A stretch of DNA of 63,785 bases, counting the filler, from Octopus bimaculoides (lineage: Eukaryota), in NCBI RefSeq assembly GCF_001194135.2. It is 6 parts of 5 records of this genome, joined end to end, with 100 filler letters (N's around TTAATTAATTAA, not from the genome) between each part and the next. Parts side by side here need not be neighbours in the genome. Positions count along the whole stretch, not along the records: positions 1 to 14,622 come from NW_026400364.1; 5 more parts are not named here. The stretch is one strand, 5' to 3'. How positions within the stretch are numbered: the stretch's first letter is position 1; each line of letters opens with the position of its first letter. Below are positions 1-11,017 of this stretch, piece by piece. A model generated the notes under the pieces. That model did not search any database, was not told the origin of the DNA, and saw only the letters and a list, made by a program, of their open reading frames with translations. The translations under genes and the position numbers were made by a program.

Positions 1-218
1 TGGTTGTGTTTAGATGGTAGTAGTGGTGTTGGTACTTGGACAGTGTGACCGTGTCTGTGCGTGGTTGTGCATGTAATCGTGTTGTGTGTTTTAGGCAGCC
101 GTTTGCGGATTTATCGTTGTGTGCCACTTTAAATACTTAATGGCATATCTTCTCTCTTTTTCTCTTTACTTCACGAGTTCAAATCCCACCGAAGCCAACT
201 TTGTCGTTCATAGAAATA

Positions 219-417
219 CAGTGAACTGACAGGATCGTTAGCGTGTAGGACAAAACGCTTAGAGACATTTTGTCCGTCTTTACTTTCTGAATTCATATTC
301 CGCCCAGGTCGACATTGCTTTACATTCATCCAGGTCTGATAAAATAACTACCAGTTAAACATTAGGGTCCATGTAATCGACTTATCCCCATCCCCGAAAT
401 TGCTGGCCTTGTGCCAA
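219..417 (+). mobile_element. tRNA-derived SINE, family B (core ...GAGTTCAAATTCCGCCGAGGTCGACTTTGCCTTTCATCC...GATAAAATAAGTACCAG)
   Basis: Matches many other copies in the window (e.g. 33865-34095, 57651-57855), including head, core and the GTAATCGACTT...GGCCTTGTGCC tail. A partial core copy lies just upstream (~172-212). Confidence 0.8.
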
Positions 418-1030
418 CAACCCATCTGATAAAGGTGCACAAGGAACATGTATGGCAACCACATGTGCCCCACATGGTGATCTCATATCAAGATAAACAG
501 CTTCGGATCTTGCAGGTGGGACCCAGTTAGAATTTCCTTCAGGTCGAGAATGCCATCCCGCTCGAAAGGTCCCTAAATAAAGATTGTTTTATGAATGAGT
601 GGAGGCGCAATGACCCAGTGGTTAGAGCAACGGACTCGTGGTCGGAGGATCGCGGTTTCGATTCCCAGACCGGGCGTTGTGTGTGTTTATTGAGAGAAAA
701 CACCTAAAGTTCCACGAGGCTCCGGCAGGTGGGGGTGGCAACCCCTGTTGTACTCTTTCTCTCACTCTTTCTTCCTGTTTCTTGGGTAACTTTGCGATGG
801 ACTGGCGTCCTGTCCAGCTGAGGGGAACACATACGCCATAGAAACCGGGAAACCGGGCCCATGAGCCTGGCTAGGCTTTGAAAGAGCGAGAAAGAAAGAA
901 TGAATGATGAACGAAACAGCCATGTTTCATGAGGTGAATTATTCAAACCCCCAAAAAACTCCTCTCAACACATGGCTATGTTGCTTTTCCACTACTCTTG
1001 CTCATGATCAGAGATGGATATATCGTCAGT
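418..1030. repeat. Older dispersed-repeat fragment split by the SINE at 599-899
   Basis: The ATGAATGA duplication (591-598, 900-907) shows that 418-598 and 908-1030 were once contiguous. That the host is a repeat family is recalled, not shown by a second copy in this window. Confidence 0.35.
599..899 (+). mobile_element. tRNA-derived SINE, family A, with 8-bp TSD
   Basis: Pol III A box (TGACCCAGTGG) and B box (GGTTTCGATTCCC). Head and body are shared with 7653-8041 and 10423-10703. TSD ATGAATGA at 591-598 and 900-907. Confidence 0.9.
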
Positions 1031-1404
1031 TCAGATTATTTAAATCTGAGAGTGAGGCAATAAAACAGAGAGACCTTGTGTCCTACGCTTGCTCTCATGA
1101 ATTTGGCGCAGTATAAGAGAAAGAGAACAGAGCCATTGCAAGAGATATCGGTACTTGTATGAATCATAATTTTGCTGCCTCCATCGTCGTATTTACGGGC
1201 AGACGTAGACTAAAGAATTTATATGTAATAGAATGTATTCAAGTAGATTCTACTAAGGGCTTCAGCACTAGAAAAAGGCCGAAGATCACAAGACTCTTCT
1301 GGAATTACCACCCACTGTGACCGAAAGTGAATCAGTGTGTTGATGTAGAAAGCCTACTTACTGAAAGTGTGTGAGTACGAAACACGTGATGGGAAGAAAT
1401 GATA

Positions 1405-1555
1405 CAACCTAAGTACACCAGTACTAATTCTTTTAAAATTTGGCATTGTATCGGTCTCTTTCACCGAACCCCTAAGTTACGGAGACATAAACTCACCAAC
1501 GCCATTTGTTAAGCGGTGGTGGAAGACAAGTGCAGATACAAAGGCGCACGCATAT
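1405..1555 (-). mobile_element. SINE family C, 3' half
   Basis: Similar to the 3' halves at 55138-55350 and 44355-44540 (TCGGTCTCTTT..CCGAACC.CTAAGTTACGG.GAC.TAAAC). Abuts a TA/TG microsatellite and an assembly gap. Confidence 0.7.
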
Positions 1556-2023
1556 ATGTATATGTATATATATGTATATATATATATATATATGTATATA
1601 TATNNNNNNNNNNNNNNNNNNNNNNNNNNNNNNNNNNNNNNNNNNNNNNNNNNNNNNNNNNNNNNNNNNNNNNNNNNNNNNNNNNNNNNNNNNNNNNNNN
1701 NNNNNNNNNNNNNNNNNNNNNNNNNNNNNNNNNNNNNNNNNNNNNNNNNNNNNNNNNNNNNNNNNNNNNNNNNNNNNNNNNNNNNNNNNNNNNNNNNNNN
1801 NNNNNNNNNNNNNNNNNNNNNNNNNNNNNNNNNNNNNNNNNNNNNNNNNNNNNNNNNNNNNNNNNNNNNNNNNNNNNNNNNNNNNNNNNNNNNNNNNNNN
1901 NNNNNNNNNNNNNNNNNNNNNNNNNNNNNNNNNNNNNNNNNNNNNNNNNNNNNNNNNNNNNNNNNNNNNNNNNNNNNNNNNNNNNNNNNNNNNNNNNNNN
2001 NNNNNNNNNNNNNNNNNNNNNNN

Positions 2024-2170
2024 GACAACCGATGCTGGTGTGTGTTTACGCCCCGGTAATCTAACGGTTCGACAACAGAGACCGACGTAACAAGTCCTGG
2101 AGTCGATTTGTTCGACTAAAAGGCGGTGCCCAGCATGGCCGCAGTCAGATAACTAAAGCAAATACAAGAA
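2024..2170 (+). mobile_element. SINE family C, 3' half
   Basis: GACAACCGATGCTGGTGTGTTTACG...GGCGGTGCCCAGCATGGCCGCAGTC matches the family C 3' half. The 5' part is lost in gap 1604-2023. Confidence 0.8.
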
Positions 2171-2554
2171 TACGTATGCACGAGTACAGGCACATATGCT
2201 ATGTTGTCTGGGAAGCTGCACGATTTGGCTTACGCATACGAAAATATACAAATGTTGTGCGTCTATATTTTGTACATTTGTAGGTCTGTATTCGTGTATA
2301 AGTACGAAAAACAGGCCAAACCTATGGAATATTTTAGGTATTTACATTGTTCCATTAATGGCTTGCAATTGTAGTTTCCTAATTAACCGTGTATTTTCTG
2401 ACTTTCTGAAGCGAAACCAGGCTTTTCATGATTCGGGTTGAAGCAATTAATTACATAAGCAAATGGCTCAATAACCACTAAAAGTGATCTAAAGTTTCTG
2501 TTTTTGTGTCAGAATAGAAAGATGAATGCACACAAGACTTTACGGTTACGTCTT

Positions 2555-3056
2555 ATGTATGTATGTATGTATGTATGTATGTATGTATGTATGTATGTCA
2601 TTATCCAGTTTTATTTCAAGATTTCTTGCCAATAGAGAAAGAGCCGGTTTCTAATCCAGATCCAATGCTCTGTCATTGGAATTTCAACATCAATAACAGG
2701 GTATTTTTGTTTGTATGTATGTACGTGTGTATGTACGTATGTATGTACGTATGTATGTACGTGTGTACGTGTGTACGTGTGTATGTACGTGTGTACGTGT
2801 GTACGTATGTATGTATGTAAAGAAGAAGAAGAAGAAGAATATTGAAGAAGAAGAAGAAGAAGAAGAAGAAGAAGAAGAAGAAGAAGAAGAAGAAGAAGAA
2901 GAAGAAGAAGAAGAAGAAGAAGAAGAAGAAGAAGAAGAAGAAGAAATTGAAGAAGAAGAAGAAGAAGAATATTGAAGGAGAAGAAGAAGGAGGAGGAGGA
3001 GGAGAAGGAGAAGGAGAAGGAGAAGGAGAAGAAGAAGAAGAAGAAGAAGAAGAAGG
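2555..3056. repeat. Compound microsatellites (TATG)n, (TACG/TATG)n, (GAA)n/(GAAGGA)n
   Basis: Direct reading. Explains the poly-E and poly-K pseudo-ORFs. Confidence 0.95.
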
Positions 3057-3389
3057 ATTAGTTGCAGGAGGTGAAAGAGTTAGGTGTGTTCAAACTGGAT
3101 ATGCTGACCGAACTTGAACCCAGCACGAAATACGCATGCGTCAAATCTAGTTTGACACTCATCTATTTGCAGTTCTATAATAATTCTGCCTTCATCAACG
3201 TCAAACTTACAATTCGATGAAGACAGATCGTTAACTGATGTTTCCAAATGTCATGCAGGCCTTTGTCTTTCTGCGCTGCTATTTCATCGTCTTAGCAGCC
3301 GTTCTCCGAAACAACCCCTTTCAGCGTCGCGTTGTGTTCGACGCTGACAGTAATCTAATTGATACCACACCTCCTCATTGCAGTGAAGA

Positions 3390-4330
3390 ATACATACGTA
3401 TGTGTGTATATATATATATATGTGTGTGTGTGTATGTATATATATATGTGTGTGTGTATGTATGTATGTATGTATGTATGCATATATGTATGTATGTATA
3501 TATGTATATATGTATANNNNNNNNNNNNNNNNNNNNNNNNNNNNNNNNNNNNNNNNNNNNNNNNNNNNNNNNNNNNNNNNNNNNNNNNNNNNNNNNNNNN
3601 NNNNNNNNNNNNNNNNNNNNNNNNNNNNNNNNNNNNNNNNNNNNNNNNNNNNNNNNNNNNNNNNNNNNNNNNNNNNNNNNNNNNNNNNNNNNNNNNNNNN
3701 NNNNNNNNNNNNNNNNNNNNNNNNNNNNNNNNNNNNNNNNNNNNNNNNNNNNNNNNNNNNNNNNNNNNNNNNNNNNNNNNNNNNNNNNNNNNNNNNNNNN
3801 NNNNNNNNNNNNNNNNNNNNNNNNNNNNNNNNNNNNNNNNNNNNNNNNNNNNNNNNNNNNNNNNNNNNNNNNNNNNNNNNNNNNNNNNNNNNNNNNNNNN
3901 NNNNNNNNNNNNNNNNNNNNNNNNNNNNNNNNNNNNNNNNNNNNNNNNNNNNNNNNNNNNNNNNNNNNNNNNNNNNNNNNNNNNNNNNNNNNNNNNNNNN
4001 NNNNNNNNNNNNNNNNNNNNNNNNNNNNNNNNNNNNNNNNNNNNNNNNNNNNNNNNNNNNNNNNNNNNNNNNNNNNNNNNNNNNNNNNNNNNNNNNNNNN
4101 NNNNNNNNNNNNNNNNNNNNNNNNNNNNNNNNNNNNNNNNNNNNNNNNNNNNNNNNNNNNNNNNNNNNNNNNNNNNNNNNNNNNNNNNNNNNNNNNNNNN
4201 NNNNNNNNNNNNNNNNNNNNNNNNNNNNNNNNNNNNNNNNNNNNNNNNNNNNNNNNNNNNNNNNNNNNNNNNNNNNNNNNNNNNNNNNNNNNNNNNNNNN
4301 NNNNNNNNNNNNNNNNNNNNNNNNNNNNNN

Positions 4331-4421
<91 letters not shown>

Positions 4422-4485
4422 GTATCTAAATATATGTGTGTATTTATATATGTATGTGTGTGTATATATACATGTATTATATATG

Positions 4486-4524
<39 letters not shown>

Positions 4525-4938
4525 ATATGTATGTGTGTATATGGATTTGAGATTGTTGTTGAATTTCCAAAGTGGTGTCGCAAGTACTTTCATTGCAACC
4601 ACTACGATCGCCATCACGATCACCAGCATCAACAACTTCATCGTTGCCAATATCAGTTTTACAACTACTACTACCACTACTACCACCACCACCGCCACTA
4701 CTATTAATACTACTATCGCTGCTGCTGCTGCTGCCACTGCTTTTATTACTATTGATGCTGCTACTACCACTGATACTACTACTGCTGCTACTACCACTGC
4801 TACTACTACCACTACCACCTCTGCTGTTGCTTTCTACTACCATGGCTTTTATCATCCTGTCTCATCTCCCCCCCACCACCACCACCACCACCATTATTTC
4901 CATGCACACAGACACAAACACACACTCGTACAAATACA

Positions 4939-4970
<32 letters not shown>

Positions 4971-4975
4971 TCATA
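3390..4975. repeat. TA/TG microsatellites, gap 3517-4330, cryptic (CTA/CCA/CTG)n and (CA)n
   Basis: Direct reading. Confidence 0.9.
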
Positions 4976-5950
4976 AACATCATGTNNNNNNNNNNNNNNN
5001 NNNNNNNNNNNNNNNNNNNNNNNNNNNNNNNNNNNNNNNNNNNNNNNNNNNNNNNNNNNNNNNNNNNNNNNNNNNNNNNNNNNNNNNNNNNNNNNNNNNN
5101 NNNNNNNNNNNNNNNNNNNNNNNNNNNNNNNNNNNNNNNNNNNNNNNNNNNNNNNNNNNNNNNNNNNNNNNNNNNNNNNNNNNNNNNNNNNNNNNNNNNN
5201 NNNNNNNNNNNNNNNNNNNNNNNNNNNNNNNNNNNNNNNNNNNNNNNNNNNNNNNNNNNNNNNNNNNNNNNNNNNNNNNNNNNNNNNNNNNNNNNNNNNN
5301 NNNNNNNNNNNNNNNNNNNNNNNNNNNNNNNNNNNNNNNNNNNNNNNNNNNNNNNNNNNNNNNNNNNNNNNNNNNNNNNNNNNNNNNNNNNNNNNNNNNN
5401 NNNNNNNNNNNNNNNNNNNNNNNNNNNNNNNNNNNNNNNNNNNNNNNNNNNNNNNNNNNNNNNNNNNNNNNNNNNNNNNNNNNNNNNNNNNNNNNNNNNN
5501 NNNNNNNNNNNNNNNNNNNNNNNNNNNNNNNNNNNNNNNNNNNNNNNNNNNNNNNNNNNNNNNNNNNNNNNNNNNNNNNNNNNNNNNNNNNNNNNNNNNN
5601 NNNNNNNNNNNNNNNNNNNNNNNNNNNNNNNNNNNNNNNNNNNNNNNNNNNNNNNNNNNNNNNNNNNNNNNNNNNNNNNNNNNNNNNNNNNNNNNNNNNN
5701 NNNNNNNNNNNNNNNNNNNNNNNNNNNNNNNNNNNNNNNNNNNNNNNNNNNNNNNNNNNNNNNNNNNNNNNNNNNNNNNNNNNNNNNNNNNNNNNNNNNN
5801 NNNNNNNNNNNNNNNNNNNNNNNNNNNNNNNNNNNNNNNNNNNNNNNNNNNNNNNNNNNNNNNNNNNNNNNNNNNNNNNNNNNNNNNNNNNNNNNNNNNN
5901 NNNNNNNNNNNNNNNNNNNNNNNNNNNNNNNNNNNNNNNNNNNNNNNNNN

Positions 5951-6025
5951 GGGGTTGATCTAATCGACTCGCCCCCTCCAAAAAAATTTCGGGCCTTGTG
6001 CTTAGTGTAGAAAAGATTATTTATT
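5951..6025 (+). mobile_element. SINE family B 3' end
   Basis: GGGGTTGATCTAATCGACT...AAATTTCGGGCCTTGTGC matches the tail of 57651-57855. Confidence 0.75.
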
Positions 6026-6029
6026 AGCG

Positions 6030-6740
6030 TCACTGCCACCACCAGTGAAATTCAGTGACATCATGACCAACTGTAACAACATCACTACTACCAACAAACA
6101 ACAAAACTACCATAATTATATCAACTACTACCGCCGCTACCAACTTCGAAACACAACAACCGCCACAGACTAAACCTGTAATGCCAACACCACAACGACC
6201 ATTGTCACCAGAATCACTAATGCCACCATAAGAAACACCAATACTACTACCGTTACATGTGTTAATACCAGTAATACAACAATCAATACCAGTATCAGAG
6301 CCTTCAATACCACCAGTACAACTACCGTAACCATCACTGCATGTACCATTACTATACCTACCAAAACTATCACCGCCGCTAGCACAACAACCGCCACTAC
6401 ATTCAATACCACTAACATTAAAACCTCTACCAATACCATTAATACTAGCACCAACACAATTATCTCCAGTACCCCCCCCCGAAGTACTTCCACCCCCGTG
6501 GACCCCAGAAACGCCAACACAACCACCAATACCAATATCACCACAACCTAGGGCAATCAACACTGCAACTACTTCCACTACTTTTATCACCACTGTCCCC
6601 ACAACCATTAACATCACCGGCAACACCATCGTAATCACAACGCTCAGCACCACCACCACCACCACCACCACAAACTCGAACAACATCATAACTGCCTCCA
6701 ACACCATCACCACCGACACCATCGCCACCATCATCAAAAC
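6030..6740. repeat. Cryptically simple (ACC/ACA/ACT)n low-complexity tract
   Basis: Degenerate trinucleotide periodicity that produces stop-free Gly/Val/Thr-rich pseudo-ORFs. Confidence 0.8.
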
Positions 6741-7039
6741 AATATGTCGCCTCGTCTCCTGGGGTCAACATTCAGAAATAATTTGTGCAAAGCTTATTAC
6801 GTCAAATTCAGCTCCGCGCTGGTCAGTGTGTTTTCCATTCATGAAAACCAAATGGACTGGTCAGAGGTTTAAACTGGTGCTTTCGTGAACTTTTATCCCG
6901 TATATATGGCAGGATTATGAGGTTAAAGGTTAAAGGTTAACTGGGTCAATGTATTCTGTCATGGAGAGTTTTTAAATGTCAGGTTTACTGTAGTTTAAAC
7001 ACCTGCTCTCTGCGCTGAAGAAGATAGTGTGTAGTGATA

Positions 7040-7391
7040 GCGAATCTGACTGATAGGATATGGAGAGGTCGATACACATGGAGAATGAGGTGGGGAAAGG
7101 GATGTAAAGTAGAAAGAGGGGGAGGAGAGAAAAGGGTAATAGAGGAGAGGAGGACAGAAATTAGAGGGAGAGTGGTGTAGAAAATAAATAGGGAGAGAGA
7201 GAGAGAGAGAAGAGGAGTGAAGTGATAGAGAACGAAAAATTGGAAGGATAGACGACGAGAGAGGTAGGAAATATTGAGTGTGAGAGAGAGAGAGAGAGAG
7301 AGAGAGAATGCTAGAGAAAGAAAGGTAAAAGAAAGCTATAGGAAATAGAAAGTGAGAAGACAAGGGGATAATGAGAGAAAATTATGAAACA

Positions 7392-7422
<31 letters not shown>

Positions 7423-7570
7423 AACAGTCGGACAGGGAAACGAAGAATGACACAAAAGTGAGAAAAACTCAAAGATTTCGCGAATGAAGAAGAACCATTG
7501 GAAGAACAAGAGACAAAGAGAGGGTGAGAAAGGGATGAGAGATGAGAAGAAAAAGAGGAGAGTTTGTTAC
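7040..7570. repeat. Polypurine (GA/GGA/GACA) low-complexity tract
   Basis: Direct reading. Confidence 0.85.
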
Positions 7571-7652
7571 AAAAGCAGTCGATTTTATTTACTATGAATT
7601 GAACCCTGACCGCTGGTTCTGACATAAGACAATGTATTTTGAATGAGAGTCT

Positions 7653-8041
7653 GTTGTTGTTGGCACTCCGTCGCTTACGACGTCGAGGGTTCCAGTTGAT
7701 CCGATCAACAGAACAGCCTGCTCGTGAAATTAACGTGCAAGTGGCTGAGCACTCCACAGACACGTGTACCTTTAACGTAGTTCTCGGGGATATTCAGCTT
7801 GACACAGTGTGACAAGGCTGACCCTTTGAATTACAGGCACAACAGAAACAGGAAGTAAGAGTGAGAGAAAGTTCTGGCGAAAGAGTACAGCAGGGTTCGC
7901 CACCATCCCCTGCCGGAGCCTCGTGGAGCTTTTTAGGTGTTTTCGCTCAATAAACACTCACAACGCCCAGTCTAGGAATCGAAACCGCGATCCTATGACT
8001 TCCTGACCGCTGCCCTAACCACTGTGCCATTGCGCCTCCAC
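7653..8041 (-). mobile_element. Full-length SINE, family A head/body with a different 3' tail, 12-bp TSD
   Basis: tRNA-like head at ~7975-8041 on the minus strand, (CAA)n end, and TSD GAATGAGAGTCT at 7641-7652 and 8042-8053. Confidence 0.92.
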
Positions 8042-8134
8042 GAATGAGAGTCTATAAGTCGATTAAATCGATCTCTACTTCCATCTTGCTAACCGGAATC
8101 AGATAAACCCGATACATCACACATACCGGGGTAC

Positions 8135-9726
8135 TTAGACAGGGAACAAATACTGCAAAACATTTTGTCCAATGTTGCAGCGATTCCAGTAATCTACGTT
8201 TTCGAACTGATGTATTATTTTATCAATTCCAGGATGATGAAAAGCAAGGCTTACTTCGATGGGGTTTTGTGCGTAGAACGCAAAGATTCGAGACAAATAT
8301 TTGCAGTAATTTAAAAGGAGCACTCCGTCAACGCAACAGCCCGCTCGTGAAATTAACGTGCAAGTGGCTGAGGAGCACTCCACAGACACGTATACCCTTA
8401 ACGTAGTTCTCAGGGAGATTCAGCGTGACACAGAGTGTGACAAGGCCGGCCCTTTGAAATACAGGTACCACTCATTTTTGACAGCTGAGCAGACTGGGGC
8501 AACGTGAAATAAAGTGCCTTGCTCAAGGACACAACGCGTTGCCGGGAATTGAAATCCCGACCTTACGATCGTGAGTCGAATGCTCTAACCACTAAACTAC
8601 GCGCCCTCCAGTCATTTAATCCCAGTTGATTCAGTAGTTAATGATACTAGTGTTTTTGTTGATACATATTATGTCATAGCTTCTTTTACTTTTTACTTTG
8701 CTAGTCTCGAACACTCTGCAAAGGTCACAAACACTGTGTTATCTCCAATGATAAGTCTACTGTATTACTATTTAGTCTTCGCAACTTGTCGGAAGTGAGT
8801 CTGGAATCGAGGTTGTTTTGTTTTTCAGAAAAAGAGGTGGGGTCCCTTTTGTGTCCGTCTGTATCTCAGAAAACCAACTGTCATCCTTGAACGTTCTCCT
8901 TCTTTGGTTATTTCATGTTTCTGCGAACGTAGCTTTGTGCCAGTGTAACCAATTTTCTGCTGTTTCTAGAATGATGCGCCAACAAAGTTTTTGTAAAATA
9001 ATTTAAACATATCTAGTTGTTTTACTTACATTAACCTGAGACATATAATGATGTGTATATAATTGTATATCTATGGGTGAACGTGTTTCAGTATATCCAA
9101 CGTTTCTCCTCACCCTCATTCACTACTTTTCACCCGCGTGTGTCAGCCATGATAAACATTTTGAATGTATTTTGTAATCAAACTTTGTTACTAGAAAGTT
9201 GTATACCAGGAAGTCAAATATCAGTAAGACCCTGTTCAAATAAGTTTTTGTATTTAAGTTCGTCTAATATTTGTATTTTTATTATTTTGTAGTCTACCGT
9301 ACACTTGCCATACATTTGTATAAACACGCGGTACACTTCCACGATGTTACGTACGAGGGGAAAATAAATGGCTCCAACACATTTAAACCATTGTTCGTCT
9401 TTGTCATCACAGTGGTGATTGTCACCCCGCTTGCCTAGATTTCTACACGAAGCGGTAACACACTGCGTTACCCCGTCTAAGTCTCAAAATTCTCTTCTAA
9501 AATTACATTAGAGCGGTAGATTCGTGGAATTGTTCGAATGCTGAAAGAAATTCTTCGTAATAATTGTTTCAGTTCTTTGTGTTGATTCTCCAGGAACGTG
9601 TCTGTATTTAACTGGCAAAAAGGCGTCTTGCACCAAATATACCTGAAGTAAGTTAACAAAAATATCTTCCTTGAAATTTTCACGAAACTTCCGTAACAAA
9701 TATTTAACATTTGCTAAGACAGCCAT
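8135..9726 (-). pseudogene. Possible decayed coding sequence of unidentified family, interrupted by a SINE at 8319-8610
   Basis: One minus-strand frame from 9726 to ~9130 reads about 200 codons with only 4 internal stops in AT-rich, non-repetitive DNA. A further open stretch lies at 8135-8318. No family motif recognised. Confidence 0.3.
8319..8610 (-). mobile_element. tRNA-derived SINE, family D (GTGTCCTTGAGCAAGGCACTTTATTTCACGTTGC core; tail shared with 7653-8041)
   Basis: A/B boxes at ~8545-8610 on the minus strand. A second copy is at 35745-36018. Confidence 0.85.
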
Positions 9727-10023
9727 CAGGAGTTGTTAGTTGGCCTGATGATGCAAGGAAGGAAAATTAAAGGTGGAACAAACGTCTTGTGTTATTCAGC
9801 ACCATTCTTTTTTCGTTCGCGTCCAGAACTCACAGAGTCGAACCAAACTGTCTTACTTCTTCAATCCAATCTTTCATTTCGTCTATTATATCTAACTCGA
9901 ATCTCTAGTCTTCTAGGGATGCAGTTGAATGACACAATCGGCTGTATTGCAAACAAAATGCTATCAGTCATCTAGATATATTTCGTTGTGTTCTGGGGGT
10001 TTCAATCAGGTCAACTCTGGAAC

Positions 10024-10066
10024 GCCTCTGATGAGAAATCAATAAGAATCGAAAATCGATTACGGT
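10024..10066 (+). ncRNA. Minimal type-I hammerhead-ribozyme-like motif, copy 1 (decayed)
   Basis: GCCT-CTGATGA-GAAATC/AATAA/GAATC-GAAA-ATCGAT-TA-CGGT. Intact CUGAUGA and GAAA; stems I and II imperfect. Confidence 0.65.
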
Positions 10067-10280
10067 TTCTCATTTTTCTCAATTTACGGAGAAACAGCTA
10101 AATTAGCCCTGCTCGTGTATGTACAATACAGGTTACATATATTATATCACATCTTGATACTAAGTGGATGCACTGTGATACCCGTGAACTGTGTCGACTC
10201 TGAGCTCCTAATATTTAAAATAGTGTTTAATTTTTTGGGGGTTTTTTTGGCGGGGGACCGCAGTCGGTAAGATTGTAGAT

Positions 10281-10323
10281 GCCTCTGATAAGAATCCAAT
10301 AAAATCCGAAAATCGATTAAGGC
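10281..10323 (+). ncRNA. Minimal type-I hammerhead-ribozyme-like motif, copy 2 (decayed)
   Basis: GCCT-CTGATAA-GAATCC/AATAA/AATCC-GAAA-ATCGAT-TA-AGGC. Perfect 4-bp stem I; G8 changed to A; 257 bp from copy 1. Confidence 0.65.
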
Positions 10324-10377
10324 TGTTTATCATTTCTTATTCAACCTATGGCGGAACAACTAAATTAACCCTGTTTT

Positions 10378-10422
<45 letters not shown>

Positions 10423-10423
<1 letters not shown>

Positions 10424-10703
10424 GAGACACATGGCCTAGTGGTTAGAGCAGCGGACTCGCGGTCGAGGGATCGCGGGTTCGAATCTCAGACCGGGCGATG
10501 TGTGTGTTTATGAGCGCAACACATAAGCTCTACGCGGCTCCGACAGAAGATAACGGCGAACTTCTGCTGACTCTTCCGTCACAACTTTCTCGCATTCTTT
10601 CCTCCTGCATCTAGCAGCTCACCTTCGACGGACCGGTATCCCGGGAAACCGGGAAACCGGCCCTTATGGGCCAGGCATGGCTCGAGAATGAACAAACAGC
10701 AAC
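10423..10703 (+). mobile_element. SINE family A variant
   Basis: A box TGGCCTAGTGG, B box GGTTCGAATCTC. The GGGAAACCGGGAAACCGGCCC tail is shared with 599-899. Confidence 0.85.
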
Positions 10704-10899
10704 ATATATATATATTTATATAAACAAGTAAAAAATGAAGATGTCGGCATAACATTTATTAATCAGTTACAGTCGTTTCGCTACATCAGTTAACATGATG
10801 GATTGCACAAATAAAAAAAAATATAAAAATATAAATTGTAAATCTATTCAATATTAAATGAAAAGTTTCGCCATCTTTTCGGACTTGTCGTAATGATAA

Positions 10900-11017
10900 T
10901 TCTTAATTTGACCCGAGTTACGTGAAATGAAGCTCATAAACATAACGCGTAGCCCAGTTTAGGAATCGAACCACAGCCTAATGGTTTTAAGCCCAACAAC
11001 TTAATCACTAAACCACT
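10900..11017 (-). mobile_element. Degenerate SINE 5' part (family D-like head)
   Basis: GGAATCGAACC (B box, minus strand) and CTTAATCACTAAACCA (A box, minus strand). Confidence 0.55.

Noticed and set aside
599-680. tRNA-like sequences (also 10423, 8545-8610, 27959)
   Set aside because: SINE heads: no proper acceptor stem or poly-T terminator, and they continue into repeat bodies.
1180-1330. VDSTKGFST...RLFWNY resembling the RT 'VDF.KAFD' motif
   Set aside because: Too weak, with no neighbouring RT motifs.
1477-6042. Very long ORFs in the track (up to 524 aa), and similar ones at 29.4-31.8, 40.1-41.3, 45.4-46.7 and 59.6-60.8 kb
   Set aside because: Composed of N-runs and dinucleotide repeats.
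6030-6737. 235-aa Gly/Cys/Val-rich ORF resembling a structural protein
   Set aside because: Product of a cryptic trinucleotide tract; several frames are open and there are no splice or start context signals.
591-8053. Both family A TSDs contain GAATGA (possible target preference)
   Set aside because: The elements are on opposite strands, so the motif is not in the same orientation relative to the insertion; n=2.
10741-10800. CTGATGTAGCGAAACGACTGTA on the minus strand (hammerhead-like)
   Set aside because: No room for stem II and no stem I pairing; at most a deleted LTR relic.
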